The position numbers and the translations under genes are program-made. The notes beneath the pieces are model-generated. The model was not told the DNA's origin. It did no database searches and saw nothing but the letters and a program-made list of their open reading frames with translations. 64,000 nt of DNA from Candidatus Altimarinota bacterium (GTDB lineage: Bacteria; Patescibacteriota; Gracilibacteria; UBA1369): positions 6,092 through 70,091 of the forward strand of contig JBGSPQ010000040.1 in the NCBI GenBank assembly GCA_041738505.1, in the 5' to 3' direction. How positions within the stretch are numbered: position 1 is the first letter of the stretch; every line of letters starts with the position of its first letter. Shown here one piece after another: positions 36,430-44,933 of this stretch.

Positions 36430-37314
36430 TTAGCGGGAAGACGGTTCTGCGAGAGGAAGTGTGAATACCGCGGTGGCTCCCTGGTGTCCGGCCGGTCCTC
36501 CAAGCAGGTCGGGGATTTCGGAGTTATCATAGAGTTTTAGATCTCCGTTGATTGACAGGGCTCTGATTTTGGAATAATAAAGACCGACACCGTGGCCATC
36601 CGTGGTTTTTGTGGAAAACCCTTTGTGGAATATTTTTTTGCGAATTTCTTCCGGTACGCCGGTGCCATTGTCTTCCATGATTATGTGCGCGTGAAATTTA
36701 TCCGTTTTAACCGAGACGATAATGCGCGGGTTGATAGGAGCCGCCTCTTCCAGCGATCTGCGGGCGTTTACAAACATGTTTTCCAGAATGCGGTGAATGT
36801 CATCTATGTCTCCGTTTACCATTAAGTCCGGTGGAGCATCTATTTCAAATTGTATGTTTGAATAAAGATTTTGTCGTGGCTCAATCTGGCAATGCAGGAT
36901 CTCGGTGATGTTTACCGGTGAGAATTGAATTTCCGCTGTTTCCTGGCGGGTTATCGGGAGGGGCGCGGGAATTGTTTGTTTGCCAAAAGCGGCTAGAATG
37001 TCGCTGAGTTGTATTGCCGATTTTTTGATTATTTCCAGTATGTCGGCGGGATTTTGTTGCTGTTCGACTTTAAATTTCACGATTTCAGCTCCTCCCAAAA
37101 TTGCCGTTATGAATTGATTGGCATCGTGAATCAAGGATCTTATTACATCAGGATTAACCGGTACGCAGACGGGTGGCAGGGATGACAGGCTGTGAGTTCC
37201 AAGAGATTCTGAATTGTCGCTTGAGGGTACGATTCCCGATTCATGAGAAGAAGCATCTGATGTCTCCTGTTCTTTGCCTTCCGGTTTTGGTTCTTTGCAG
37301 AGAGTCATGGGCAA
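36430..37314 (-). CDS. soluble histidine kinase (HisKA + HATPase_c), no obvious sensor domain
   Basis: The H-box is IRSLIHDANQFITAILGGAEI, the N-box is ILENMFVNARRS, G1 is EDNGTGVPEE and G2 is GHGVGLYYS. There is no TM helix, the N-terminus is Ser-rich, and no response regulator is in the window. Confidence 0.8.
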   Translation of the reverse strand: MPMTLCKEPKPEGKEQETSDASSHESGIVPSSDNSESLGTHSLSSLPPVCVPVNPDVIRSLIHDANQFITAILGGAEIVKFKVEQQQNPADILEIIKKSAIQLSDILAAFGKQTIPAPLPITRQETAEIQFSPVNITEILHCQIEPRQNLYSNIQFEIDAPPDLMVNGDIDDIHRILENMFVNARRSLEEAAPINPRIIVSVKTDKFHAHIIMEDNGTGVPEEIRKKIFHKGFSTKTTDGHGVGLYYSKIRALSINGDLKLYDNSEIPDLLGGPAGHQGATAVFTLPLAEPSSR

Positions 37315-37359
37315 AGTTTTAAAATGGGGAGTGATTTTATTATGATTTATCTGTGTTTG

Positions 37360-37494
37360 TCAAATGTAATGACGCTTCGTGCGGGGTGGGGCTCGCTTTG
37401 ATTGTGGCACATTTCCCGAGCATGATATGGAGCTCGCTCCGTTCGCGGTTTTGCTCGCCTTAGCTCGCGAGCGCACTCCGCTTCGCTTCGTGCG
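37360..37494 (-). repeat. GC-rich repeat element abutting the 3' end of tRNA-Ser(CGA)
   Basis: The 11-mer cgcttcgtgcg occurs at 37373-37383 and 37484-37494, 111 nt apart. Four GCTCGC hexamers and the 10-nt palindrome gctcgcgagc lie between them. The last 24-26 nt are near-identical to 9882-9907. Confidence 0.65.
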
Positions 37495-37586
37495 TGGCGG
37501 AGAGAGTGGGATTCGAACCCACGAAGGAGTTGCCTCCTTACCGCTTTTCGAGAGCGGCGCCTTCAACCACTCGGCCATCTCTCCGC
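37495..37586 (-). tRNA. tRNA-Ser (anticodon CGA), CCA encoded
   Basis: The reverse complement is GCGGAGAGATGGCCGAGTGGTTGAAGGCGCCGCTCTCGAAAAGCGGTAAGGAGGCAACTCCTTCGTGGGTTCGAATCCCACTCTCTCCGCCA. Acceptor pairing is 7 bp, the anticodon stem is CCGCT/AGCGG with loop CTCGAAA, and there is a long variable arm and a GGTTCGAATCC T-arm. Confidence 0.93.
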
Positions 37587-37747
37587 GATTTGCGGAAGTT
37601 GTATGAATTACTACCTGACTTTGGCAATAGCACTCATAAAGGGAATGTATTCTTCAGCATTATAAATAAATCCGGAATGTATCAAAGCAAAAAGTTCGTT
37701 TTTCTTCAATTGCCTTTTTAACCTTTTTTAAAGGATTTGGAACAACA

Positions 37748-38461
37748 TTATCTTCCATGCGTTTTTAAAGATGAAATTTCCCGCGGGGTGAGGGGTCTCC
37801 ATTTCCCGCGTGATAGTTCCCCCAGTTCAATTCCCGCGAACTTCACTCTTTTAAGGATTTTGACTTTGAGTCCGAGCGCCTCGCACATGCGGCGAATCTG
37901 CCGGTTTAAGCCCTGAATGATGGTTATTTTAAACTGTCGGGGGGAGATTTTTTCCACTTTTGCCGGAAGGGTTTTTTGGTTGTCTATTTTCAGTCCGCCG
38001 GCCAGGCGATTGAGAGTTTCGGCGGTGACGGGTTTGTCCACGGTGACCAGATATTCCTTTTCTATGCGGTGTTTGGATTTGAGCAGTCTGTTGACGATTT
38101 CGCCGTCGTTGGTAAGCAGAAGCAGTCCGGATGTTTCCACGTCCAATCTGCCCACGGGAAAAATGCGTTCTTTGAGATCCACATAGTCCATAACGGTGTT
38201 GTCCGATTTCTTGTCGGTGGTGGTGATGGCTCCAAAGGGTTTGTGGAGGGCGATGTAGATTTTGGTTGTCTGCGGGATAACGGGCTTTCCGTTTGCCGTG
38301 ATTTTATCTTCCGCAGATACTTTGTCTCCAAGTACGGCTGTGCGCCCGTTGATTTTCACTTTTTTCTGTTGAATCAGTTTATCGGCTTCGCGCCTGGAGC
38401 AAACGCCCGAGTCGGCCAAAAATTTATTTATTCTGATTGCGGAAGGATTTTGTATTTGCAT
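37748..38461 (-). CDS. rRNA pseudouridine synthase, RsuA/RluB family
   Basis: 237 aa with an S4 domain (RINKFLADSGVCSRREADKLI) and the catalytic motif VGRLDVETSGLLLLTNDG. Confidence 0.88.
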   Translation of the reverse strand: MQIQNPSAIRINKFLADSGVCSRREADKLIQQKKVKINGRTAVLGDKVSAEDKITANGKPVIPQTTKIYIALHKPFGAITTTDKKSDNTVMDYVDLKERIFPVGRLDVETSGLLLLTNDGEIVNRLLKSKHRIEKEYLVTVDKPVTAETLNRLAGGLKIDNQKTLPAKVEKISPRQFKITIIQGLNRQIRRMCEALGLKVKILKRVKFAGIELGELSRGKWRPLTPREISSLKTHGR

Positions 38462-38648
38462 GGGTCTAATCTATTCAATGGATTAGATTTTCGCAAGGGG
38501 ACTTGTGTTTTCCGTTTCATTAGGAAGAACCCGGCAGAGAAATCGTGAGTCTCGATGCCGGGTTCATAAAGGTGATGCCGTGCCGGTGCCCCCGTTGCGT
38601 TTGCTTCGGGGAACCGGGACGTGCGCGTACAAGGTTGGGGGAAGGGGT

Positions 38649-39686
38649 TTAGATTGTCGGTTGAAAGCCGATGATCTTGTGGTTGAAGATGTGAAACTTC
38701 CTATCGGGAGAGGTTTCCGTGTTGGTGAGGATGATGCTCTTTCGCTTGCCCTGTTCCAGGGCTCTGCCGCTCATCATCCGTGTGAACTTGCCGGGGGCGT
38801 CGCTGACGAGCATGGGCGCGCCGATGGTGCGCAGGTTGTGGTCAAATCGAATCGCGAAAATCTTGTCCGGAGTCCGGTAGATGATCATGTTGTCTTCCGA
38901 GTCAATGATCATGCCGGTGATGCGCTGACCTTTGGTGGTATCCAGGAACGTTCCTCCGATGACGATCCCGCTGTCGGTTCCGAGGATCGGAATGACTTCG
39001 TTGTCGCGGGGGATTGTTAGCAATGTGTTGGCTCCGGTTTCAACCTTCGCCATTTCCGGCTTGATACCGCGCGCGATGTCGGAATGGGATATGAACCCGG
39101 AATAGACGCATCCCATGTCGGTGAGGAGGTGAATGATGTACTTGAGATAGGTCGGTGAGTACACCATCTGAATGTCGGTTGCCGCGTCGTCGGCGTTCAT
39201 TCCTGTAAGCATTGCCGGGTCCAGAACCAACGTGTCGTTGTTGTGGTTCAGGTACCCCACCAACCTGCCGGTGTCCGGCGTGTTGGCCTGAAAGCGGATG
39301 TGCCCGTCTTTGGGCAGTTGAACTTTCTGTGGGTTAATAGCCGCCGTAATTCCCGCCGGGATTGAGTGGTTGAGGGGGCCGTTGGCGAGTATGAATGAAT
39401 TCATCCCGCCTGCTTCTCCCTTGATGAAGATAAACTTCCCCATGAAGACGTGGTCGCCGGGGAGTTTTGCAATGTCGGGCGAGTCAAACTTGAATTCCGT
39501 GTGACACGCCGAACCGTAGAATCCCTTCTCCGGCTCCACGCAGATTTCCGCTACAGAGCGGAAAAATTGCATGGGGTTGTCGGTGATTTTTCCGAGCATG
39601 CCGATGACCGTATCCTGATTATTGGTATCCATCTTGTTTTCCTTCTTTGTTCCTTGTTGAGAATGATCCTGTGTGCGAAAAAACAC
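38649..39686 (-). CDS. hypothetical protein (345 aa from GTG; 327 aa if the ATG at 39632 is used)
   Basis: Longest ORF in this segment, with balanced composition. The internal ATG (MDTNNQD) is preceded by aagaaggaaaacaag (SD-like). I recognise no motif. The antisense 171-aa ORF looks like a GC-driven shadow. Confidence 0.5.
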   Translation of the reverse strand: MFFRTQDHSQQGTKKENKMDTNNQDTVIGMLGKITDNPMQFFRSVAEICVEPEKGFYGSACHTEFKFDSPDIAKLPGDHVFMGKFIFIKGEAGGMNSFILANGPLNHSIPAGITAAINPQKVQLPKDGHIRFQANTPDTGRLVGYLNHNNDTLVLDPAMLTGMNADDAATDIQMVYSPTYLKYIIHLLTDMGCVYSGFISHSDIARGIKPEMAKVETGANTLLTIPRDNEVIPILGTDSGIVIGGTFLDTTKGQRITGMIIDSEDNMIIYRTPDKIFAIRFDHNLRTIGAPMLVSDAPGKFTRMMSGRALEQGKRKSIILTNTETSPDRKFHIFNHKIIGFQPTI

Positions 39687-39770
39687 ACGAGCGGGATTCT
39701 ATGTTTTTGCTTTGGTCAGGTCAAATTGATGTTTGCAAATTCTGTTGAAACGGAAAAAAACTGTTGGATT

Positions 39771-41156
39771 TTATTTTTGCAGGTGTGTGCGGATGTATTT
39801 TTTTACATCAAATTTTGATTTGCAGCCGCCAAAACTCATGAATCGGATTTTGCCAAAGATTTCGCGTTCGCCCCAGGCGCGGTCGTGCACGCCGCCGATT
39901 GACCAGGCGATGCCGGTAAAACCGTTGGGGTCGCGGCCGTCCAGTTCGTATCTGTCGTTTAAATAAATGGCTGTTTTTTGGGCTTCTTCGGGTGAGCGGG
40001 TCCATTCCAGAATCTTTTTAGCCCAGTACATGCGCATGTAGCCGTGCATTTTTCCATCGTTTACCATCTGCATTTGCGCGGCGTTCCAAAGATCGTCGTG
40101 GGTTTTTGCGGTTTCCAGTTCGCGCCGGCCGTAGATGTATTCGCGCGGGTCGTCGCGGTGTTCGTTTATGGTTTTTTTCGCCCAGTCGGGAAAGCCGGCG
40201 GGGTTGTCGTAATCGGAATTATAAAAACAGAAGTTGTCAGAAAGTTCCCTGCGAATAATCAGCTCCTCCAAAAAAGATTCCTGCGCGGCGATGTGTGCGT
40301 CGTATTTTTGGGTTTCCAGTGCGACTCTTTGCGCGGAAATATGTCCGTAGTGCAGGTGCGGCGAAAGGTTGGATGAACCGTCTTTGTTCGGATCGTTGCG
40401 GTCGCTATCGTAGTTTGTCAGCCGGTTTTCCAGAAAGTCGCGGAGAGTTTTTTGCGCGGACGCGGCTCCCGGTTTTAACCATGTGACAGGCTTTACCAGC
40501 GGATTAGGCGCGTTTTTGCCGGAAGTAAGGGTTTTGATTATTTCGGGCCAATCGTTTTTATGGGCGATTATTTTCCCGGCTGTTTTTTGTAATTCGGCGG
40601 GGTGTTTTTTTAGGGGTGGAAACTCCTCCATGAAATCGGGCAATAGTCTGTGGATTTTTGGACGGATGGTGTACGCGCCAAACTCTCTTTTGGGTGATGC
40701 AATCCAACAGGGGACAATGTTATGCGCGTCCACTTGCCGGAAAGCAACTTTGAGCTTTTTTTTGATTTGGGTGATCCACTTTTGGCAGATTTTCAGGGGA
40801 CAGAAATCGGTGACAATCACTCCCGCTTTTAAATCGGTAAAAATTTTTAATAGATTTTCCGGTTGGTTATCCTGATAGGAGATAATCAAAGGGATGTTTT
40901 TTTTGTTGAGATTATTTTCCAGTTCTTTAAGTCCTTCCGTTTTAAAATTAAATTGGCGGAGGCCTCCTCCCATAAAATCGGCGACCAGATTGAATACCAC
41001 AATCAATGCCTGTTTGTGTTCCAGTGCCAAATCCTGCGCGTGCAGAAGCGCCCAGTTGTCATCGGCGCGCATGTCGCGGTTCATCCAGTAAATCACCGGG
41101 CCTTTTTGAATCGGCAGGTTGTTTAAGTTTTGGATTCTTTGCGGGTTTACGCGCAT
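39771..41156 (-). CDS. class II CPD photolyase
   Basis: 461 aa. The N-terminus GPVIYWMNRDMRADDNWALLHAQ and the C-terminal blocks (HGYMRMYWAKKILEW, RDPNGFTGIAWSIGG.HDR) are typical of class II deoxyribodipyrimidine photolyases. Confidence 0.85.
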   Translation of the reverse strand: MRVNPQRIQNLNNLPIQKGPVIYWMNRDMRADDNWALLHAQDLALEHKQALIVVFNLVADFMGGGLRQFNFKTEGLKELENNLNKKNIPLIISYQDNQPENLLKIFTDLKAGVIVTDFCPLKICQKWITQIKKKLKVAFRQVDAHNIVPCWIASPKREFGAYTIRPKIHRLLPDFMEEFPPLKKHPAELQKTAGKIIAHKNDWPEIIKTLTSGKNAPNPLVKPVTWLKPGAASAQKTLRDFLENRLTNYDSDRNDPNKDGSSNLSPHLHYGHISAQRVALETQKYDAHIAAQESFLEELIIRRELSDNFCFYNSDYDNPAGFPDWAKKTINEHRDDPREYIYGRRELETAKTHDDLWNAAQMQMVNDGKMHGYMRMYWAKKILEWTRSPEEAQKTAIYLNDRYELDGRDPNGFTGIAWSIGGVHDRAWGEREIFGKIRFMSFGGCKSKFDVKKYIRTHLQK

Positions 41157-41164
41157 ATCGCGTT

Positions 41165-43087
41165 TTAATAATGTTTGGCTTTTCTAACCGCTCTTGTTTC
41201 TTTGATGATGTTTTTGAGTTTCATGGTGATGTTTTTCATCTCCAGATTGGAAAGTGATTTTAGTCCTTTCTTGCGGGCTTTTTCCAGATACAGGGCGCTC
41301 ATGATCAGGCCGATGTGGCTGTATGCCTGAGGGTAATTGCCCAGCGCCCCCCCGGTTTTTGGATCAACCTCTTCGGGCAGGAGGCCTGTGGGGCTCGCGT
41401 AGTCAAGCATTTTTAAGAGCAGGGTGCGGGCTTCGTCAATGCGTCCGCTGTAGGCAAGTACGTCTATCAGCCAGAAAGAGCAAAGCAGAAAAGCTCCTTC
41501 GTCGCAATGCAGGCCGTCTTCGGTTTCCTCGGATTTGTAGCGGTAAACAAGGCCTTCTTTGGTGGTCAGGTTTTTAACAATCGCGTCTACGGTTCCCTGC
41601 ACGCGAATGTCGTTGAATGGCAGAAGTTTCATGATTGGTATAAGCAGAGCGCCGGCGTCCAGAACGTCGGAGTCGTAGGATTGTACAAAGCTGTTCAGTT
41701 TGCTGTTGAATCCCCGGGAGAGAATGGAGGATTTGATTTCTTCGCGAACTTTCTCCCATTTTTCGCGCGGGCAGGTTTTTTCTTGTTTTTCGGCGATTTT
41801 AAGTCCGCGATCCAGCGCCACCCAGCACATCAGTTTGGAATGAATAAAGTGTTTGTATCCGCCGCGAACCTCCCAAATACCGGCGTCGGGCTCTTTCCAG
41901 ACTTCGCAGACGTGATTGACCAGCCGGGTTAAGAGCTGCCATTCCTCGTCGGCCAAATCCATACCAAAGCGGCTGGTTTCATAAAAAACATTTACAAGTT
42001 CTCCGTAAATATCCAGTTGTTTCTGTTTGGCGGCGCCGTTGCCGATGCGTACGGGTTTGGAATTTTTGTAGCCGGAAAGATGATCCAGAATTTCCTCTTT
42101 GAGGTCGGTTTCGCCGTTCAGGCCGTACATAATTTGTAAATCTGCCGGGTCTTTGAACTTGGAGCAGGTTTTTATGAACCATTCCAGATTTTTGCGCGCT
42201 TCGTTAACATAGCCCAGTTTATATAGGGCACGGACGGTAAAGGAGGCGTCGCGGATCCAGTTAAAGCGGTAGTCCCAATTGCGGTCGCCGCCAATGTGTT
42301 CTGGCAGGGATGTTGTGGGGGCGGCGCAAATGGCTCCGGTCATGTCCTGAATAAGCAGTTTAAGTACAAGTCCGGAGCGGATGATGATTTCTTTCCAGGG
42401 ACTTTTAAACAGCCCCGTTTCTATCTGATAAACATCGGAGTCGTTGACCCAGCTGTTCCAGAAGGCGTGTGTGGTTTTAAAGGCATTTTCGCAGTGGGTG
42501 TCGGTTAATGGACGGTCGTCGTTATAGGAAAGGGCGAACCAGAGCGTTTCTCTTTGTTTAAGGGTGAACGTTCCGGTGGCTGTGTTGTTGTTAATCGTCA
42601 GCGGTACCGGAGATGAAAGGTGGAGATGTTCTTTGTGATTTTTGGCTGTAATTCCTTTTTCGGTTTTTTCCAGTGCGGTTTCTGTGCGCGCGTAGTTGAA
42701 TCTGGGGCTGAAGCGGGTTTCAATTTCCACGGTGCCGCGGGTGCATTTTACCTGTCGTATCAGAGTGGGAAATGTGTTTTCGTAAGGTCGTCCCACATGT
42801 TTTACAGGCATAAAGTCGGTAATTGTGATGTAGCCGGAAGCGGTGCGGAATTTTGTTTCCAGAATATTGGTGTTTTGCAGATATTGCTGGGATGAAACGT
42901 ATTTATGAGTGGGACTGATGGAAAAACAGCCTCCTTTGTTTTTATCAAGTATCGCGGCAAAAACGCTTGGTGAATTTAGGTGTGGTAGGCAGTACCAGTC
43001 AATTGATCCGTCTTTGCCAACGAGCGCGCAGGTCAATAAATCGCCGATAAGGCTGTAATCGCTGATTTTTTTGTAGTCCTTATCCAT
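41165..43087 (-). CDS. glycoside hydrolase family 15 protein (glucoamylase/trehalase-like)
   Basis: 640 aa. The N-terminal beta-sandwich begins DYSLIGDLLTCALVGKDGSIDWYCLP. The catalytic (alpha/alpha)6 region carries GGDRNWDYRFNWIRDASF and EG.FL.CSFWL. Confidence 0.8.
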   Translation of the reverse strand: MDKDYKKISDYSLIGDLLTCALVGKDGSIDWYCLPHLNSPSVFAAILDKNKGGCFSISPTHKYVSSQQYLQNTNILETKFRTASGYITITDFMPVKHVGRPYENTFPTLIRQVKCTRGTVEIETRFSPRFNYARTETALEKTEKGITAKNHKEHLHLSSPVPLTINNNTATGTFTLKQRETLWFALSYNDDRPLTDTHCENAFKTTHAFWNSWVNDSDVYQIETGLFKSPWKEIIIRSGLVLKLLIQDMTGAICAAPTTSLPEHIGGDRNWDYRFNWIRDASFTVRALYKLGYVNEARKNLEWFIKTCSKFKDPADLQIMYGLNGETDLKEEILDHLSGYKNSKPVRIGNGAAKQKQLDIYGELVNVFYETSRFGMDLADEEWQLLTRLVNHVCEVWKEPDAGIWEVRGGYKHFIHSKLMCWVALDRGLKIAEKQEKTCPREKWEKVREEIKSSILSRGFNSKLNSFVQSYDSDVLDAGALLIPIMKLLPFNDIRVQGTVDAIVKNLTTKEGLVYRYKSEETEDGLHCDEGAFLLCSFWLIDVLAYSGRIDEARTLLLKMLDYASPTGLLPEEVDPKTGGALGNYPQAYSHIGLIMSALYLEKARKKGLKSLSNLEMKNITMKLKNIIKETRAVRKAKHY

Positions 43088-43249
43088 GGTAATGCCAAGA
43101 TAGTTTATTGGCGGTGAAATTTCAAATTGTCGGATTTATAGGCAAATCATTACTGAATTGTTGCATTATTAATTAAAATGTGTCATAATTATACGATTAG
43201 TGCCGATTAATTTTATATAAATCCTTTTTATTTATTAATAAAAAATACT

Positions 43250-43603
43250 ATGCAAGATGTTCCAAAACTTATGGCTGACGGTAAAAAAAGCCCCGAATAT
43301 ACAAGGCTTGTGCTGGCTTTTTTAGCCGGAGTCGCTGTTACTGTTCTTATCATGTCACTTACGGCAGGTTCTTTGCTTCAGGGGGCGCTTATTCCAATGC
43401 GCGGGACTTTTTCAACCACGACAACAGTCACCAAAACCTCAACATCCGCTCCTACCATAACAACGGTGGACAAACCGTCCACTATAGATACATATACGAC
43501 AACCGCTGACAAAACGTCTACGACGGATGGGGCAAGCAATGATATTCCTTCCACTGAACAGGATGATGGAATAGAAGACATTACAAGTAGTACAAGACCT
43601 TAA
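43250..43603 (+). CDS. small membrane-anchored Thr-rich protein, paralogue 1
   Basis: 117 aa. The N-terminus ADGKKSPEYTRLVLAFLAGVAVTVLIMSLTAGSLLQG is shared with the next gene. The C-terminus is Thr/Ser-rich and low-complexity. Confidence 0.55.
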   Translation: MQDVPKLMADGKKSPEYTRLVLAFLAGVAVTVLIMSLTAGSLLQGALIPMRGTFSTTTTVTKTSTSAPTITTVDKPSTIDTYTTTADKTSTTDGASNDIPSTEQDDGIEDITSSTRP

Positions 43604-43638
43604 TTTATCAAAACCTTTTTACCCATTAACAAAAAAAT

Positions 43639-44298
43639 ATGTCAAAAGGTACAAAACTTACGGCTGACGGTAAAAAAAGCCCCGAATATACAAGACTTGC
43701 TCTGGCCTTTCTTGGTGGAGTCGCTCTTACTGTGCTGATTATGTCTCTAACGGCGGGATCGCTAATGCAGGGTTATCTGAATTTCAGAGATGTTACGATG
43801 ACAAAATCGGCCAAGGTATTAACCACAAAGGATACAACCGGTGCGAAGGTTATGCCTGCAAAAGATTCTACCGGCAAAAGATTTGCCGATGCCTTTGAAA
43901 AAAGAGTGGTGAAGGTAAAAGATATGCAGAATCTGGAAACCAATGAATTGGAATACACCCTTATGGACGGACAGGTTGTTGATGGCACATATGTGGATGT
44001 ATACGTAACCGATGCCGGTGCAACATATTTGGCAAAGGATGTTTCAACGGTGGAGGTGGCCGAATTGGTATCTTTGGATTCTACAACACAGGAGGCTGTG
44101 GCAACATTCACGGATGTTACATATAAGACTCTGGAAGGAACGACATTTACATCCAGTGATCTAAAATATATGACTTTGAAGGACAGTTCGACCGTTTATG
44201 ATATGGAGGTGGCAACTTTGTCCATTAAAGACAGTCCGACAGCCACCGCGGTTTACACGATAAATCTTACGGATTCCGCTCCCACTATTGCTTACTAA
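43639..44298 (+). CDS. membrane-anchored protein, paralogue 2
   Basis: 219 aa with the same N-terminal 40-aa module (ADGKKSPEYTRLALAFLGGVALTVLIMSLTAGSLMQG), then a different globular C-terminus. Confidence 0.6.
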   Translation: MSKGTKLTADGKKSPEYTRLALAFLGGVALTVLIMSLTAGSLMQGYLNFRDVTMTKSAKVLTTKDTTGAKVMPAKDSTGKRFADAFEKRVVKVKDMQNLETNELEYTLMDGQVVDGTYVDVYVTDAGATYLAKDVSTVEVAELVSLDSTTQEAVATFTDVTYKTLEGTTFTSSDLKYMTLKDSSTVYDMEVATLSIKDSPTATAVYTINLTDSAPTIAY

Positions 44299-44306
44299 TT
44301 GAAAAC

Positions 44307-44396
44307 TGGCGGAGAGAGAGGGAGTCGAACCCTCGAACGCCTTTCGACGTTACACGCTTTCCAAGCGTGCGCACTAGGCCACTATGCGATCTCTCC
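44307..44396 (-). tRNA. tRNA-Ser (anticodon GGA), CCA encoded
   Basis: The reverse complement is GGAGAGATCGCATAGTGGCCTAGTGCGCACGCTTGGAAAGCGTGTAACGTCGAAAGGCGTTCGAGGGTTCGACTCCCTCTCTCTCCGCCA. The anticodon stem is CACGC/GCGTG with loop TTGGAAA, and there is a long variable arm and a T-arm. Confidence 0.92.
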
Positions 44397-44539
44397 TTGT
44401 TTGATAGGTTGCCCGCTCCGGCTCACTCGCGCCTTGGGGCCCACGAGACCCAAGGCTTCGTTCGCCTCCGCGCTCGCGCCGTGCGCTCGCGGTGGGTTGC
44501 CCGCTCTGCGCTCGTCCGCTGCGGTACAGATGTTACTTG
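44397..44539 (-). repeat. GC-rich leader region upstream of tRNA-Ser(GGA)
   Basis: The 12-mer ggttgcccgctc occurs at 44407-44418 and 44495-44506. There is a hairpin gccttggg(44431-38)/cccaaggc(44449-56). gcgctcgcg-type motifs resemble the 37.4-kb element. Confidence 0.55.
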
Positions 44540-44545
44540 ATTATA
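44540..44545 (-). promoter_or_regulatory. candidate -10 box (perfect TATAAT on the minus strand) for the tRNA-Ser(GGA) transcript
   Basis: The plus strand reads attata at 44540-44545. It lies just downstream of the rpmB terminator and about 145 nt upstream of the tRNA 5' end. No good -35 is present at 16-18 nt spacing. Confidence 0.3.
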
Positions 44546-44578
44546 CCGTCGGTCGGCAAATCAAAAATTATCGGGTTC

Positions 44579-44612
44579 AAAAAATCCCTCCTGCACGGAG
44601 GGATTTTTGTTT
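44579..44612. terminator. rho-independent terminator after rpmB
   Basis: The stem aatccctcc/ggagggatt has the loop tgcac, an A-run on one side and tttttgtttt on the other. Confidence 0.8.
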
Positions 44613-44634
44613 TATTACAATCAACAAAAAGCGA

Positions 44635-44874
44635 TTAATCTCTTGCTTTTTTGACCAGTTTTTTCAGTTCGGCGCCGAACTTTGCGGGATTCTTCATTAA
44701 AGTTCTTTGGGCGCTGGTGCTGATCCTGATCTTGATTTTTTTGCCCGATACCGGGTCTACAATGGTTTTCTTGTTTACGTTGGGCATAAACCTGCGTCTG
44801 GTAGCGCGCAGCGAGTGGCTGCGTTTGTTTCCGGTGGCCGGTCTTTTACCCGAGAGTTGACAGACTTTAGACAT
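44635..44874 (-). CDS. rpmB: 50S ribosomal protein L28
   Basis: Start at MSKVCQLSGKRPATGNKRSHSLRATRRRFMPNV, the canonical L28 N-terminus. Confidence 0.9.
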   Translation of the reverse strand: MSKVCQLSGKRPATGNKRSHSLRATRRRFMPNVNKKTIVDPVSGKKIKIRISTSAQRTLMKNPAKFGAELKKLVKKARD

Positions 44875-44933
44875 AGTCAATATATTAAGCCATAGCAGTC
44901 TATCATGCTTTTTTCATTTTTCAAGCTTAAAAT

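Noticed and set aside
38505-39020. 171-aa plus-strand ORF opposite the 345-aa orphan
   Set aside because: It is Arg/Gly/Asp/Val-rich and shorter. The minus-strand ORF is twice as long with balanced composition and an SD-like sequence before an internal ATG. Neither has a recognised family, so this choice is not certain.
44299-44700. 133-aa ORF spanning tRNA-Ser(GGA) and its GC-rich leader; also the ORFs at 37360-37606 over tRNA-Ser(CGA)
   Set aside because: They overlap well-formed tRNA genes and a terminator. Their Ala/Arg/Leu-rich translations simply reflect GC-rich repeats.
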